A stretch of DNA of 64,000 bases from Bugula neritina. Lineage: Eukaryota > Animalia > Bryozoa. The stretch lies in assembly GCA_964035545.1 (NCBI GenBank), contig OZ037766.1:15552722-15616721 (forward strand), written 5' to 3'. The position numbers were made by a program, and so were the translations under genes. Under the pieces are notes generated by a model. That model was not told the origin of the DNA and did no database searches. It saw only the letters and a list, made by a program, of their open reading frames with translations. Position 1 is the first letter of the stretch, and every line of letters starts with the position of its first letter. Below are positions 1 to 12,104 of this stretch, one piece after another.

Positions 1-1
1 T

Positions 2-2206
2 CACCCAGGGAGGCCCGCGCGTCTGTCGCCCCGCTGGGCGCCGCGCGGAGATGCTGTGAAGTGGCGACCCCCGCGGCAAGTAGGCTCAAGCCACTCGCCG
101 CCTGGGTCCTCTACGCCACTCCGGCACCAACACGGAGCCGGCAGACGGTTGACCACAGAGCCTGCGAGGGAAACGGTACAAGCGCCGCAAGGCGTACCGC
201 CCCAACCTCGGCAGCTGGTCAATAGTCGCCGCCAACCGTGGACCCCTCGACCCACAGCGAGGGAGGTGCAACCACGGCACACTCAATTGCAGCCGCACGG
301 AAGTAGCTACTTCCTGCCAGGGAAGTTAGCCGGCAAGCCTGCCAACTTCCTCCTGGACTCCGGCTGCACCACCAACCTCCTTAGCCGTCAGTTCTTTGAC
401 ACCCTCAGCGCTAAGGTCAAGGACAGGTTGGCACCGTACGAGGGGGATCATGGCACCTTGGCAGACGGGTCGTGCATTCCCTTCTACGGCATTATTGAGC
501 TAACTGGTTACGTCCGTGACCAGGCCATCCAAGAGACGTTTATCGTCGGGCAGCTCAACGAGGATGCTATCCTCGGGATGCCATTCTTACAACGACACGG
601 TTGTCGCATCGATTTCAGTAAATCTGCGATAATCATGGGCGACAAGGAGCTCGCTTGTGTCGATAAGTTTGGTCGTCCTCTAGCGGGAGCAGTGCAGGTA
701 GTACGGAGCTGTACTATACCAGGCCACTCCCGGGCTACCGTCCGCTGCAAGGTAGACGGTGGCCAAACCTCTAAGTTGGGAGTTGTCGAAAGTACGCACT
801 CGAGAGTCCAACTTGCCCGTAGTTTTAGCCGGCTCACGGGGCAAGGAGAGATCTCAGTGCAGTGTGTCAACCCCTTCTCAGAGACAGTAGACCTACCACC
901 CAGATCCATGCTGGGTCGCTTCCATCCTGTCCAGGAGGAAGCCATTGGGCCGTCGTCGGGAGCTACGACGGAAGGTCCTCAGCAGAGCCCGTCTCGAGGG
1001 CGGAGGACCGTCCCAACCCACGCCTCCCCTCCTCCAGGGACGCGTGGCTGCACAGGCAACGGGAAGCGCCAGGCTATGGCTAGGTTGCCACATGGGTACA
1101 GTGAGGCGTTCAGCCACACAAACCACGGAGCCCGCCTAAATAGAGCAGGCTGCCGTGAGGTACCACGGGCGGCGAGGACCGCCCCTGCTCAGCCACTTCA
1201 ACAGAGGGCTGACACGCCCCCGGAGGCTGCCCAGAGCCTCCGCGCCAAACCTGTATGGGCTGGTAACGTTAGGGAGCTGCCGAAGCTCCAGGAATGCCTT
1301 CCTGGGGTGGTAGCCGACGTGTACCGAGCGAAACAGGAGGGGCGACGACCCAGTAGTACACAACGGCGACAGGGATGCGCCGAGTTACGGCTGTACTGTC
1401 AACGTTGGAGCTCTCTGCGGGTCGGGCCAGATGGTCTGCTAACCATGACCTTGGCCACCAACAGCAGACAGCCAGCCAGGAAGAGGGTTGTCTGCCCAGT
1501 TGCCATCCGCCGGAAGTTGATACAAGACACTCACGAGGAGACTCACGGAGGAGTCCAAGGGGTGGTCACCAAGTTACAACTCCGGTGGTACTGGCCTAAC
1601 ATGGAACGGGATATCCGACGCAGAGTGAGACGGTGCAAAGTCTGCCAGACCAACAAGCATAGCCGTCTCCCTGGTGAAGCGGGGCGGCAGACGCATTGTG
1701 CGAGAAGGTCTCGGCAGGCGGAGACTGTCAACCTGGCCGGAAACACCTCCATGACACGTCAGGAAGACTTGGCGAGGCGAGAAAGGCCACTTCCGTCCTT
1801 GAAAGTGCGCCCACCGCCCCCAACGTCAAGCCTGCCATCATCACCACTTCCGGAACCAGAAACAGGTCCGGAAGTGCAAAAACCCCCCGTGGGAGGGGCT
1901 CCGCAAGGAGATGCCAACATAGGACCAGCACCACACACTAGGCAACTTCCAGCGTGTCTCAGAGACTGTGTACGTGACCGCGGTATAAGCGGCAGTAACA
2001 AAAGTCTAGAGAGGCCTCGCATGGGAAAACAGGCAAAGAGCCGTGGGAGTTGTGATCACCACGAGAATCTCAACTTTTGCCTCGGCGGAATCTCACACGA
2101 GATTCATCCGCTGGAAGTGAAAAGCCCTAGTCACGTTTCACAACCACGCTGTCCGGTCTTTTCCTATGTTGATGCAGTCGAGAGTAGACGTGCCAGTAAA
2201 CAGTAA
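2..2206 (+). CDS. Gypsy polyprotein remnant: aspartic protease, RT N-terminal relic, integrase Zn-binding domain; no RT core, RNase H or integrase core
   Basis: Frame is open from the window edge. FLLDSGCTTNLL (D at 356-358) and AILGMPFL mark the protease. HEETH...WYWPNM...CKVC (1532-1645) is the integrase HHCC. No YxDD motif or DDE triad is visible. Confidence 0.85.
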   Translation, partial: HPGRPARLSPRWAPRGDAVKWRPPRQVGSSHSPPGSSTPLRHQHGAGRRLTTEPARETVQAPQGVPPQPRQLVNSRRQPWTPRPTAREVQPRHTQLQPHGSSYFLPGKLAGKPANFLLDSGCTTNLLSRQFFDTLSAKVKDRLAPYEGDHGTLADGSCIPFYGIIELTGYVRDQAIQETFIVGQLNEDAILGMPFLQRHGCRIDFSKSAIIMGDKELACVDKFGRPLAGAVQVVRSCTIPGHSRATVRCKVDGGQTSKLGVVESTHSRVQLARSFSRLTGQGEISVQCVNPFSETVDLPPRSMLGRFHPVQEEAIGPSSGATTEGPQQSPSRGRRTVPTHASPPPGTRGCTGNGKRQAMARLPHGYSEAFSHTNHGARLNRAGCREVPRAARTAPAQPLQQRADTPPEAAQSLRAKPVWAGNVRELPKLQECLPGVVADVYRAKQEGRRPSSTQRRQGCAELRLYCQRWSSLRVGPDGLLTMTLATNSRQPARKRVVCPVAIRRKLIQDTHEETHGGVQGVVTKLQLRWYWPNMERDIRRRVRRCKVCQTNKHSRLPGEAGRQTHCARRSRQAETVNLAGNTSMTRQEDLARRERPLPSLKVRPPPPTSSLPSSPLPEPETGPEVQKPPVGGAPQGDANIGPAPHTRQLPACLRDCVRDRGISGSNKSLERPRMGKQAKSRGSCDHHENLNFCLGGISHEIHPLEVKSPSHVSQPRCPVFSYVDAVESRRASKQ

Positions 2207-2563
2207 TCAGATACCACTTTCATTCCAAAATGTCTTACTATTCTGGATCGAAGGGTGAGTTAATTATGTTTTTGGTACGATAACTAGACTGCATCAGTCA
2301 GCTACACTAGCTAGCTGGAGATTCGATAATGATAAACAGTGGTGGGAATACACGTCGACTTTGATTTTAAATAATCTGTCATAGCGAGTGTGTTCTCCAT
2401 CAACTATTCATTAGCCTGAATCTCACGAGTGTAACTGAACAGAGTACCGGTCAGGCTGTACACGCCGACGGTGTCTCAGTGTATAATCTTTAACACTGCT
2501 ACTCTTTCAGATCACACTCGAGTGACCACCTCCCGGTCACGGGACCAGCCAACCTCTCTGTCT

Positions 2564-3277
2564 ATGGAAGAAGAGCCTGTAATGGAGAATGGCATACCAG
2601 TAGTACTCCGCCGACGACACCGTTGGGTGTCACCCACGACAGAGAGGAGAATTGAAGAAGCCTGGGGACCCAGTGGACCACACCGAACCTGCCAGGTCTG
2701 CTTTGAGGAGTGCCCGTCACACCGCTCCTTGCGTTTACATGTAGATGCCCATTTCCTACTCCACTTCTGTCCCTGCGGGTTCCACGACGTCTACCCGTAT
2801 CCCGTGACAGTACATAAGCTAAGCTGCTTCGCCGGAGAGAACCACACTGTTGATGAAGACAGTTTCCCCCTATACCTGGATGCCATCAAGCCAGTCATCA
2901 GGAAGGCTATTACCCTGGCCGCACTAACGTCCGGGTTTCACGTACTGTTACTATCTGCCCGCCATAAGTCCCCTATGGTTCAGGGCCCACCTCCTACCCC
3001 CGTCAACCCTAGCAACACCCCAGAAGTAGAAGAAACAACCATATCCCGTATAACGGAGACCCCCATAACCCCACCAAGACCTAGCCAGCTGGCTAACGTA
3101 GAAGAGCGGCTTCTAAGACTGCAAGCCGAGTTCACACAACTTGCCCCTGACTTGCTGGATACGACGACAGGTCTATACCAGTTGAAGGACTCAGTGGGAC
3201 GACTGAAGAGGCGGCTACGGGCCCGACAGGCTCGACACAGAGCACGGTCGCTACAAGAAGCAGAGTCCAACCAATGA
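2564..3277 (+). CDS. Extra 3' ORF of the retrotransposon: C2H2 + C2HC zinc fingers, Pro/Thr linker, C-terminal coiled coil (237 aa from the ATG)
   Basis: CQVC-x12-HVDAH followed by CPC-x12-HKLSC; heptad-like LANVEERLLRLQAEF...LKDSVGRLKRRL. Lies between ORF1 and the PPT. Candidate splice acceptor CTCTTTCAG ends at 2510. Confidence 0.7.
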   Translation: MEEEPVMENGIPVVLRRRHRWVSPTTERRIEEAWGPSGPHRTCQVCFEECPSHRSLRLHVDAHFLLHFCPCGFHDVYPYPVTVHKLSCFAGENHTVDEDSFPLYLDAIKPVIRKAITLAALTSGFHVLLLSARHKSPMVQGPPPTPVNPSNTPEVEETTISRITETPITPPRPSQLANVEERLLRLQAEFTQLAPDLLDTTTGLYQLKDSVGRLKRRLRARQARHRARSLQEAESNQ

Positions 3278-3556
3278 GAATGCCTGGGGTAGGCACCTTC
3301 GTTGAGCTATAGCTCGTTTAGGATGTGACGAGCGCTCCGACATTGGCCCGCGTGCTGGTAAGCACCCTCTCTCTTAATAGCTGACTAGATGTGTGTGATC
3401 GATCACCCTGTTGTCTTCTAATGTAAACGTTGTCGTGTTTAACTATTTCTTTTCTTACTCTTTGTGGGTTTACTTATGAATATTTCCTTTTTGGATTATT
3501 GTATGGTTTTTCATTATGTTTTTTTATTGTGTTATCAGAAAGTAGGGCTTTCTGCT

Positions 3557-3567
3557 GGGGGGGACGG
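3557..3567 (+). other. Polypurine tract
   Basis: GGGGGGGACGG abutting the TG start of the LTR. Confidence 0.8.
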
Positions 3568-3919
3568 TGTAGTGAGTAGTGCAAGTACAAATACAGGAAT
3601 CGCCCTCTCCCTATTCTTGGAATACTTAGACTCTTATGTAGCAACCAATTAGCAGCTCCGGAAGATATGCTTCCGAGTCACGTGACACTTCCCGGGTTAT
3701 TAGCATTATATCACGTTGTTGTAAGCGGAGGCTTGAAGTAGTAACATGTGTTAGTAGTTGACTCTTGTATAGGATAATTTGATGTGATGTTTGGTTTATG
3801 CTTTATTGTGGATAATAAATATAATTACTCGACAGCTACCCTAGTAATTGATAACAGAATAACCAGCTAACTATACGCAAGTAAATAACTCACGCTCAGT
3901 AATTGCACAAATTACTACA
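3568..3919 (+). repeat. 3' LTR (352 bp)
   Basis: Starts TGTAGT right after the PPT, ends ACTACA (6-bp terminal inverted repeat), with an internal AATAAA near 3813. The 5' LTR and TSD are not in the window. Confidence 0.8.
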
Positions 3920-5269
3920 ATAACATCTTTTGATAAGAATGTTGCGAATAATTTGTAAATAATATTCAAAGGCGTTCAAATCACCGCAGACAAGGGTTGG
4001 CTTTATTATGATTAGTCACAGCTCAACGTCATGCGTTGTACTTTTACGGCAATGTGTGAACACCCGTTGACAAAATGCAACAGCGTCGCCATTTTATTTT
4101 TGCTGTTACGGCGTACGGTACGGTAAGTGTGAATAGGGGGTTATAATTCATTGATTATACGCACCGTTATGATAATGAATATGTTATTAGTGGAACCCCC
4201 AGTGTTTACCAGAAATTAAATAAACGTTAATAAAAAGCGCAAAGCTGAAGTGCAACTTTTCACATTGAAAGTTTGAGCTGAAATAATCATAATTTGTAAT
4301 TAAAAAATAATTAAACAACAAATTACAATTTTTTGCTATAAATAAATTTTATAATTGCAGTATATTTGTGTACTCTCCATGCTGTATAAACTAATATGAA
4401 TTAGAGTCTAGACTTATATTATAAGCTTTTGAGCGCTATTAGTTTGTTCGATTGTTACTAATAGTAACACTGACTGTATTTCCGTTTAACATTTTCTTCA
4501 ACTATCATTTGTACTATTGGATTTAGTTTATTCATTAGTGAAGCTTCTTCATCTAATACTTATACTACTATTGCGTTTGAAAACGCTTTTAAAATTTGAA
4601 AAACAAACAAAAAACGGTTAACATGATTTCATCAACAAAAATACAGGTACTGGTAGGCTGTTAATATTAAATAAGCTTACGTAATTAGTGGAATTCGCTG
4701 ATGATCATGATGGATAAAATATAATAATATTAATAATAACAAAGTATTCAATTTTAAGCTTCAGTATTTTAACTTTAAAACTCTAATTAATAATTACAAG
4801 CTATAACTTATAAATTGTAGACGGCGGTTGAGGAGTGGAGAAAATGGTGGGGTACTCTAAAATTTGACTTAATCTTAGGGCTTAGAGTTAGAATGGGGCC
4901 TCAATTTTTTTTATAAAATTAGTCTTATAATGTAAAATGCCAGGAAAAACAGTCAAGTATATTTTTCAATATTGTTTCAATGAATAGAGATAAATGGCTT
5001 CCGTGCTCTGGCTCCATGCTTTAGGATTTGTCAGTACGGTTGTTTGAAAGCCAACAATTTAATTTTGAATGAAGGGCCAAACATTGTGTTTTTGAACACC
5101 TTTAAATGTGTTCAAGCGGTTTTCATGCATATTATTACAATATAAGTGTCCTAATTTTATTTATTGTCATCTTAGTGTTTGAAAACTTATCTGTTTATGA
5201 GGTGCAGTACAATCTTATGTATAGCTAGGCAAAATTTAATTGTCATATTGGAATTTGCTAAAGAATAAT

Positions 5270-5690
5270 TATTTAATTTTTTTTGATTTTACACTATTGC
5301 ACCACTGTCCAACTCTGTAATGAGTTGAAAGGTTTCTGAAACAATAAATGTTTGCAATATTCATTAGCTCATGATATAGTAAAGATTGTTTAGCTAACAA
5401 TTGTATGGTGCCATGATCAACACAGTCAACAGTTTCATCTATAAACTTTGGAAAATGTGTGTGTGTCTTAACAGAACTTTGAGGTACACCTAATGTATCA
5501 CTAGTATAGTCTGACGTCATATTATTAGTCATCAGTCTGGAAAGTAAGATTTTATTAAGCAAATTAAAGTAGCATTTACTTCATGCCTAATCAGTTTTCC
5601 TAATAGTTTGCTATGATCCATGAAATCTAAAGCTTTTGGAACATTTATTACTACAGCATAGACTATTTTGCCTTTGTATATTAGTTTTTA
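5270..5690 (-). pseudogene. Decayed non-LTR (CR1/L2-like) reverse transcriptase fragment
   Basis: Minus-strand translation gives KALDFMDHSKLLGKL (cf. KAFDxVxHxxLLxKL), GVPQSSV (cf. GVPQGSVLGP) and KFIDE (cf. YxDD), with stops and frameshifts. Confidence 0.65.
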
Positions 5691-7347
5691 GCTCTTAGAA
5701 TATATCACGACTTTACTGTAGCACAAAAACGGTGTGCTTGGAAACCATGTGAATTTCAACTTCGATATATTCTCTAAGCTAATGTGAGATGGAATGTTAC
5801 ATTATTCTGCAGCATGCGTAAATGGGTGAAATTGAGCTATAGGTGAAAACTAAAAACTATTTAACTGTTACTTTTAAAAATAACGGCTTTGTTAGAGGCA
5901 TTTACGTGTTTAGAACATGTAGTTGAATATTTAAACTAAGTTTTGCATGTGAGGTGGCTCTTAGTAAGTTTGTCAGAATTAAGATTGCTTCAAGTTTGTG
6001 ACTTTAAAGTATTTCGATTATAAACATGAAGATAAAGGAGTATAGAATAGAATGAATGACTTGAATTGAAGTTAATGCAAAATTATGTTCATTAAGCAGT
6101 CACCATAAATTGTGCTCTAATTCTTATCTATTAGCTTCTTGGTAAACTCCTCAGACTTTAATGTATGCTGTTAGTGAAGTTTATAAGACAGAGCCCTGTA
6201 ATACTTTCTAATTTAATTCGTGTACCTGTATACATATGTGCACTATTTTAGCAGTTATTATATAATTTATTTTAATTTTTTATAAAAGTTTTAGCAATAA
6301 CATGCAAAAGAAGTTCAACTATAACTAAAATTTGAAATAAAATTTGGACAAAAATACAATAGCTTATATCAATAACATTAGTTCATGTAACACTCGAAGT
6401 TTGTTTAAATAAAATTTTTAATGCTTTCTGGCATGTCATCAATTTTTTTAACTTCATAAATGAAAGTTTTTATAAATCAAATTCTTTGAAAAGAAATGTT
6501 TAAAAATTCAAAAACTCAAATATTCTAGCAGATTACTGTTAGCATAATTCAGTTTTGCATTTTAAAAACTTTGTTTTGTCTCTGTGCTTTAAAGAGGGTT
6601 TCTAATATCTAAAGAGTTCAAGATATAAGTATATTTATATCATGTGCATTTTTTTCTATATCTTTATATATAATATATATTATAATTCATTGTTCTAACT
6701 TTAATTTCTAACCTTTATAGCGTAAAGGTCTCATATACTTAAAATCATGAAGTGTGATTTTTATGCAAATCAATAAAGAATAGGCCAGATGGTAAATATC
6801 TTTTTACAAAATTATTTTTGTGGTCTTCAAACTAAAATTAGTTATTTAGTTGTGAAACACATGCTAAGAGATGACCTAAATAACGTATGCCTATTACTAT
6901 ATTAATAAATTACTTGGACTAATTATACTTCTATCATATTTTGCCCAACATTTACATGCATGTCTTTAATGTTATTTCTAAAACATTTTCCTATCCTAAA
7001 CTCCATTTTTTGTCAAAATAAGTTAGTTTGGTGAGCTTTTTATATTCATGACAGCCCTTGTAAATTATTGCATTCGCTATGCACTAAATACTTTGCGAAT
7101 AATATAGTCTCTGTTTTGCAAGAACAACATTTTCACTTTGGCTATTTTTTGTTGAGAAATGTTGTAAATCAGGCATATGATTGTTACCATAGACTTATTA
7201 TGTTTAAGTCACAATATTTTTTGTACTAAGGTATTACATAATTTTATATTCCTATATGTTGACTGTTCTTTGATTTTGTTACAGAGAATAGAGTTCTTCT
7301 ATTTCAAGCATATATATAGTTAATTACTTGTATAATTATATGTCTAG

Positions 7348-10300
7348 GCAAATGAAAGAGGTGAAGAACCGATGGAAGAGCTTGTCAAGCTGTCAAACCT
7401 TTCAGCTGATGAAAAAACAGAAAATGCCATGCTCAGGAGCAGAATAGATGAACAGTGTGAGCTAATTATGATTTTAAAGCAGCGAGCCGATGAAGCCTTA
7501 ACTAAACTCAAAACAACAGAGAGAATACGAGATACTCTAGAAGAGTTCCGTAAGAATGCTCAAGGCGCTATTAGCGCTGAGACTAGAAAATGTGAAATGC
7601 TAGACAGAAGGTTCAATGAGCTGGCCGACAATCACCAGGAGCTGATCAAGTTTAAGGATGAATATAAAATTGAGAATGAATCGCTGAGAAAAGAAAATGC
7701 CCAGCTTAAAGCAGACAATGAAAGGCTGTTTTCAGATGCTCTTCAAGAAAAGCAGCTTATTGTTGAAGATTTGGAGAAGCAAATTGAAATTCTGAAAGAG
7801 AAGTGTGCATTGGCTGAGCAAAATGCTTTGTAAGTTGACGGATGCATGTCTAAGACTCTCAATGGCTTCTCAATTTGCAGTTACCTTGTGGAATTATTCT
7901 GATTTTATAGTGATTCGCCCATACTGTTTGTGTAATCAATTAAAAATCACATAATATAGTTAGGTTACTAATTTCCTTTAGATTAATTTTTTAGAGAGTG
8001 CAATCATTTGATGCTTGAAAATCGAAAGGTGCTGCAAGAGAGGATTGATCTTACAGAGAATAATCTAAACTCTACTATAGTGAAGTTGGAGCAGCAAGTG
8101 ATAGACACTGAAAGACGATTGAAAGGTAAGTTTTTTCTTTAACCTACATACATGTTTCATTTGTTATACAACAAAGAAATTTCTATCTGGAGATTTATGA
8201 AATTTCTGAATGGAATTATGAATCTAATATTAGAATCATTTAAATTTATTTAGAACACAATTTAACTTTAGATAAAACCATGAAAATATTTTGGTTTGCA
8301 TAAAGACTTTGCTTAACTTGAATTCTGCTGAGCTAATGCTAAGTTCTACCTTGAAAAGTTGTTTTGGTGTGCTGCAACTGTAATTAAATGCTGCTGCAGT
8401 GACAGTTTCAAACTTAAAAGTTAGAGTAAATAAATTTGTAGGTATATTTTGGGCTTAAAACTGTAAGTTGATCATTTTAGTTTAACAAAACAGGTTATTC
8501 TAGTTTAACTGGAGCTTTTAGAATAAGTCATTACACAACACTGTTAAGCACAATAAAAAATCACAAAGGATATAATCTAAAACTGGTTTTATGCAGAAAG
8601 GAAAATTAAAATTAAAAATAATGTATTTTTGGTGTATTAATATTAAATACTTAAAAACTAATACACGACCTATAATTTAGTGTAAAACAAATAGTGGACG
8701 ATTTAAAACTAGTGTAATTTTTTTAGAATGCATAGAAGACAGTACATTTTTAACAATGATTACAACAATATTGTTTGATCTAATTTTTTTGCTAAAAACA
8801 TTTAGAAAATGATTTTTGCTAGTTTAAGGGATGAACAATTAGTGTTTTATCAAAGCTGAATATAATTCTCTGTTAAATTACCTCTGTTTTATTCCGTGGT
8901 AATGGACCAAACCTAATCTATGGGAGTTGTGTTTCTTGTAAAAGTATATCATATTGAACAAAAAGAAGACAGCTTTCAACATATTTAAGATATATTTAAC
9001 AATTCAATAGCTTAGCGCAGCCGTTCAATGCATACATTATTTTCTTTACATTTGCTGATACATCAGCTGGTTAATGCAAATGTTTTAATATGAAAATGAG
9101 ACAATTGATATTAAAATTCAACCCCAGTTTTGATAAATTGGGTGACATTAATTGTGTGGTATTATGTAATTATTTATTTTACCAATGCTCATCTTTAGAA
9201 GTGACAAGAAAATATAATGAACAGAGCAGTAGCATAGAAAACAAAGAAGCAGATAAAGTGGAACGATTAGAGCAGCTTACTAAGGAAAAGGATGAACTGC
9301 TTGCGCTAGTTATGCAAAGAGGGAAAACTATTGAGGTGAGGTTTTGATTCTTTGTCTTGTTTTGAAATGTAACTTTTATTTACCTTGAAAAAAATCTTAT
9401 TATTGCCAATTCAGTTATTCAAACACATTGATATATATTTTTCATTGAAATAGAAGGGTGGGGGAATAGTGACATTGTGCACCATTTGTGTTTAGTAATT
9501 ATAAACACGTGGAGTTATCTGATAAATTAATACCTAAATTATAATGAGCAAAATATTCAATGTGGTTTCATTTTAAAAGCACCTCAATTATTAAAAATGT
9601 TTCAAAGAAAATCTACAGATTTCTGTTCAATGGATGGTGTGAGGGTACATACGCTCTCTATGTATTCTCTGCAAGTTATTTGTGTTATTTAGAGATAACG
9701 CATAGAAAGTTATTAACATATTATGTGAACTCGCATATTTTTTTCTCATCTAAAAAACTAAGCTGCTGGTGTTATTTGTTTTTAAGTTCTTTTTTATTTT
9801 TGAGACAAAATTTAATGCACTCCACTGAATCTCAGCACTTATACATAATTTTCAGAGTATTGTGAGTTAGAGTTGTCTCTCCTTTTTATGTTGATGAAAA
9901 GCACCTCAAAACACTTGTTCTAGAAAATGATTTATTTGTGCCTTGTTGCACAGTGAGTGAAATGTCAATTTGATTAATTGCCATAGGTAATATTTGGCTC
10001 TCACCATATGTTTGTAATTGTTCTTTCAATAATTTTAATCAAAAGTGATTATAGATGTTTGTAATGACTCTTTCAAGAACATTAATAAATAGCCACCTGG
10101 CTGGTTTATTTTATAGGAGAAAGTTGCTGAAAATAAAAAGCTGGAAAGCAAAGCTGAAGAGGCTAGAAAAAGACAGAAAGAAGCAGAAGAGAGATTTGAG
10201 TGAGTTGCTTTATGTTGTTGTAAAACAATATTGCTTGTTCATATTTTATCATTTGAAAATATAGTCCTTGCATTAATTTGTAACCTCCAAGTTATAGTCA

Positions 10301-12104
10301 AGCACATTACTCGCTATTTGTTCAAATTTATTGGTAGAATATTGGTAACTTGGAGGCATACTATAATGTTCACATTTCAATACTACTCCTATTTTCATTT
10401 TACCATCAAAAATTGTTGTGTTCATTCTTCTATAACAATTAATGACTCCACTGTTTGACGAGTAAATATAGGAAACTATTTTCAAGCAGTAGCCACAACA
10501 TAGTTATAATTGAGTGAAGTTTGAAGAGTCTGCAAGTGTGACTTTCTAATTTATCTTCTACAGGCGAGAGTCTGCTGCTGTTGACAGCAACCTGCAGATT
10601 ATAAAGCTGCGTAAGGAGTTGATGCATTCTCAAGATCACATGACAGAAATAGACAAGGTGAGTGATGGTGGTGATATATGAATGTGTGCTCATAGGTGTG
10701 TGTATATACATACATACATAGGTGTATGTATGTATATGTATATGTAATTGGTATGCGTTTGTATGTATATAATGCATTCACTTTGTAACAGTATTGCTTT
10801 ATGAAATTATCTTTCTCAGATGTAGCATACAATATACACATTTTTCTTAAAAAATTGTTAGTAAAAGATTAAATATAAATGCAACAACAACACAAATGCA
10901 GGCTCCAGTGGCTTTATATACACAACTATTGGAATATTGATCTTAGCTAGAAGTTAACATGTTCATAGGGTTAGCACTGTTGCGGTACACTATAGTAAAT
11001 TGTTAGATAAAGTTACATAACACTAAAACCCATGCAGCTGGAGATATTACTCAGATACACAAAATTAATATAGAAAGTAATAAGTTTTTAAATATTTGTA
11101 TGGAGGTTATTTTTGCTAATTAGATTATTCATTCACTTTGCTTTATAATCAATACTCACTGTGAAATAATTGAATACTTGCTCTCACATAAATAACTCTA
11201 GCTAAATAAAGTAAAAATAATTAGGCTATAAGGAACAGATATTGGCACACTATTTATGCTTCTCCTTAGCGTAGTGAGATAAAAAAACACAGCTAAATAA
11301 AGTGAATAAACTACTCAACCTACCGCAGTTGAATATGGCGTATTCTGTTTTATTATAAATATAGCTATTGTAATGTAGGGTAAAAAGTCAAAAGCATATT
11401 TTATAATATGTTCCTTACAATAGAGTTTATAAATAGTGTGTTAAACGCTTTGATTCTTTGATTCGTACAAATTAATATATACTATACACACTTATATGCA
11501 TGCATTTTGCTTATAAAATACATAATTGCCCACATTCACCTCATAAACAATGGTTCTTGGTAATATAATCAGTTTTGTGTAAAGTTCAACACATGTAAAC
11601 CAAATTCATTGAACTCTGTGATTGGATTTGACAACATGAGTGATTTAGGCGTAATAATACTGATTCTGCACAATATATTGTAGTTATTATAATTATAATG
11701 ACATATTTTAATATAATTTGTGCATTTAGTTTTCTTACTATATTTTATGCAATTTCTATTTGACTCTGGTTATACAATACCTATAATGCACAATAAGATC
11801 TATAAGTTTATGACCATAAGGTAAATATAAAAAAAATGCTATTGCACAGGCTCAGTCAAATCTTTCAAAAGTTAAAAGTATAAAATTATTAGGAAGTACA
11901 GTCTTCATTATTTCAGTGTGATGATTACTAGTTTAATGCTTAGTTGGTTGTAAATTGTTTATGCATCACACGGTGCTGTTTATGTTCTACTTTTCATATT
12001 GTTTGTGTAATTTACAGAAATTTGAAGCCTACAAGACCCACACAAACAAGTTGCTGCAACAAGAGAGAGATCTCAATGCTAAGCTTCGACATCTGACAGC
12101 CTAA
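7348..12104 (+). CDS. CCDC89: Coiled-coil domain-containing protein 89-like
   Basis: Phase-consistent GT-AG exons 7348-7829, 7995-8125, 9199-9335, 10117-10199, 10564-10657, 12018-12104 (TAA). Motifs AMLRSRIDEQ..LI.ILK.R.DE, NH.EL.KFKDEYK.EN, EKDELL.L..QRGK, AVDSNL and ERDLNAKLRHL match CCDC89. The true start (ATG 7372 or an upstream exon) is uncertain. Confidence 0.88.

Larger units (their letters stand above)
1..3919 (+). mobile_element. Ty3/Gypsy-type LTR retrotransposon, internally deleted (non-autonomous); 5' part lies outside the window
   Basis: GC-rich block in an AT-rich background. Retropepsin motif LLDSG, integrase HHCC motif, polypurine tract at 3557-3567 directly followed by a TGTAGT...ACTACA-bounded LTR. 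Confidence 0.9.

Noticed and set aside
1-3270. Many short antisense and alternate-frame ORFs in the retrotransposon
   Set aside because: Expected in GC-rich coding DNA; no recognisable motifs.
7183-7196. GTTACCATAGAC as an RFX X-box for CCDC89
   Set aside because: Only a half match to the palindrome, and the transcription start is unknown.
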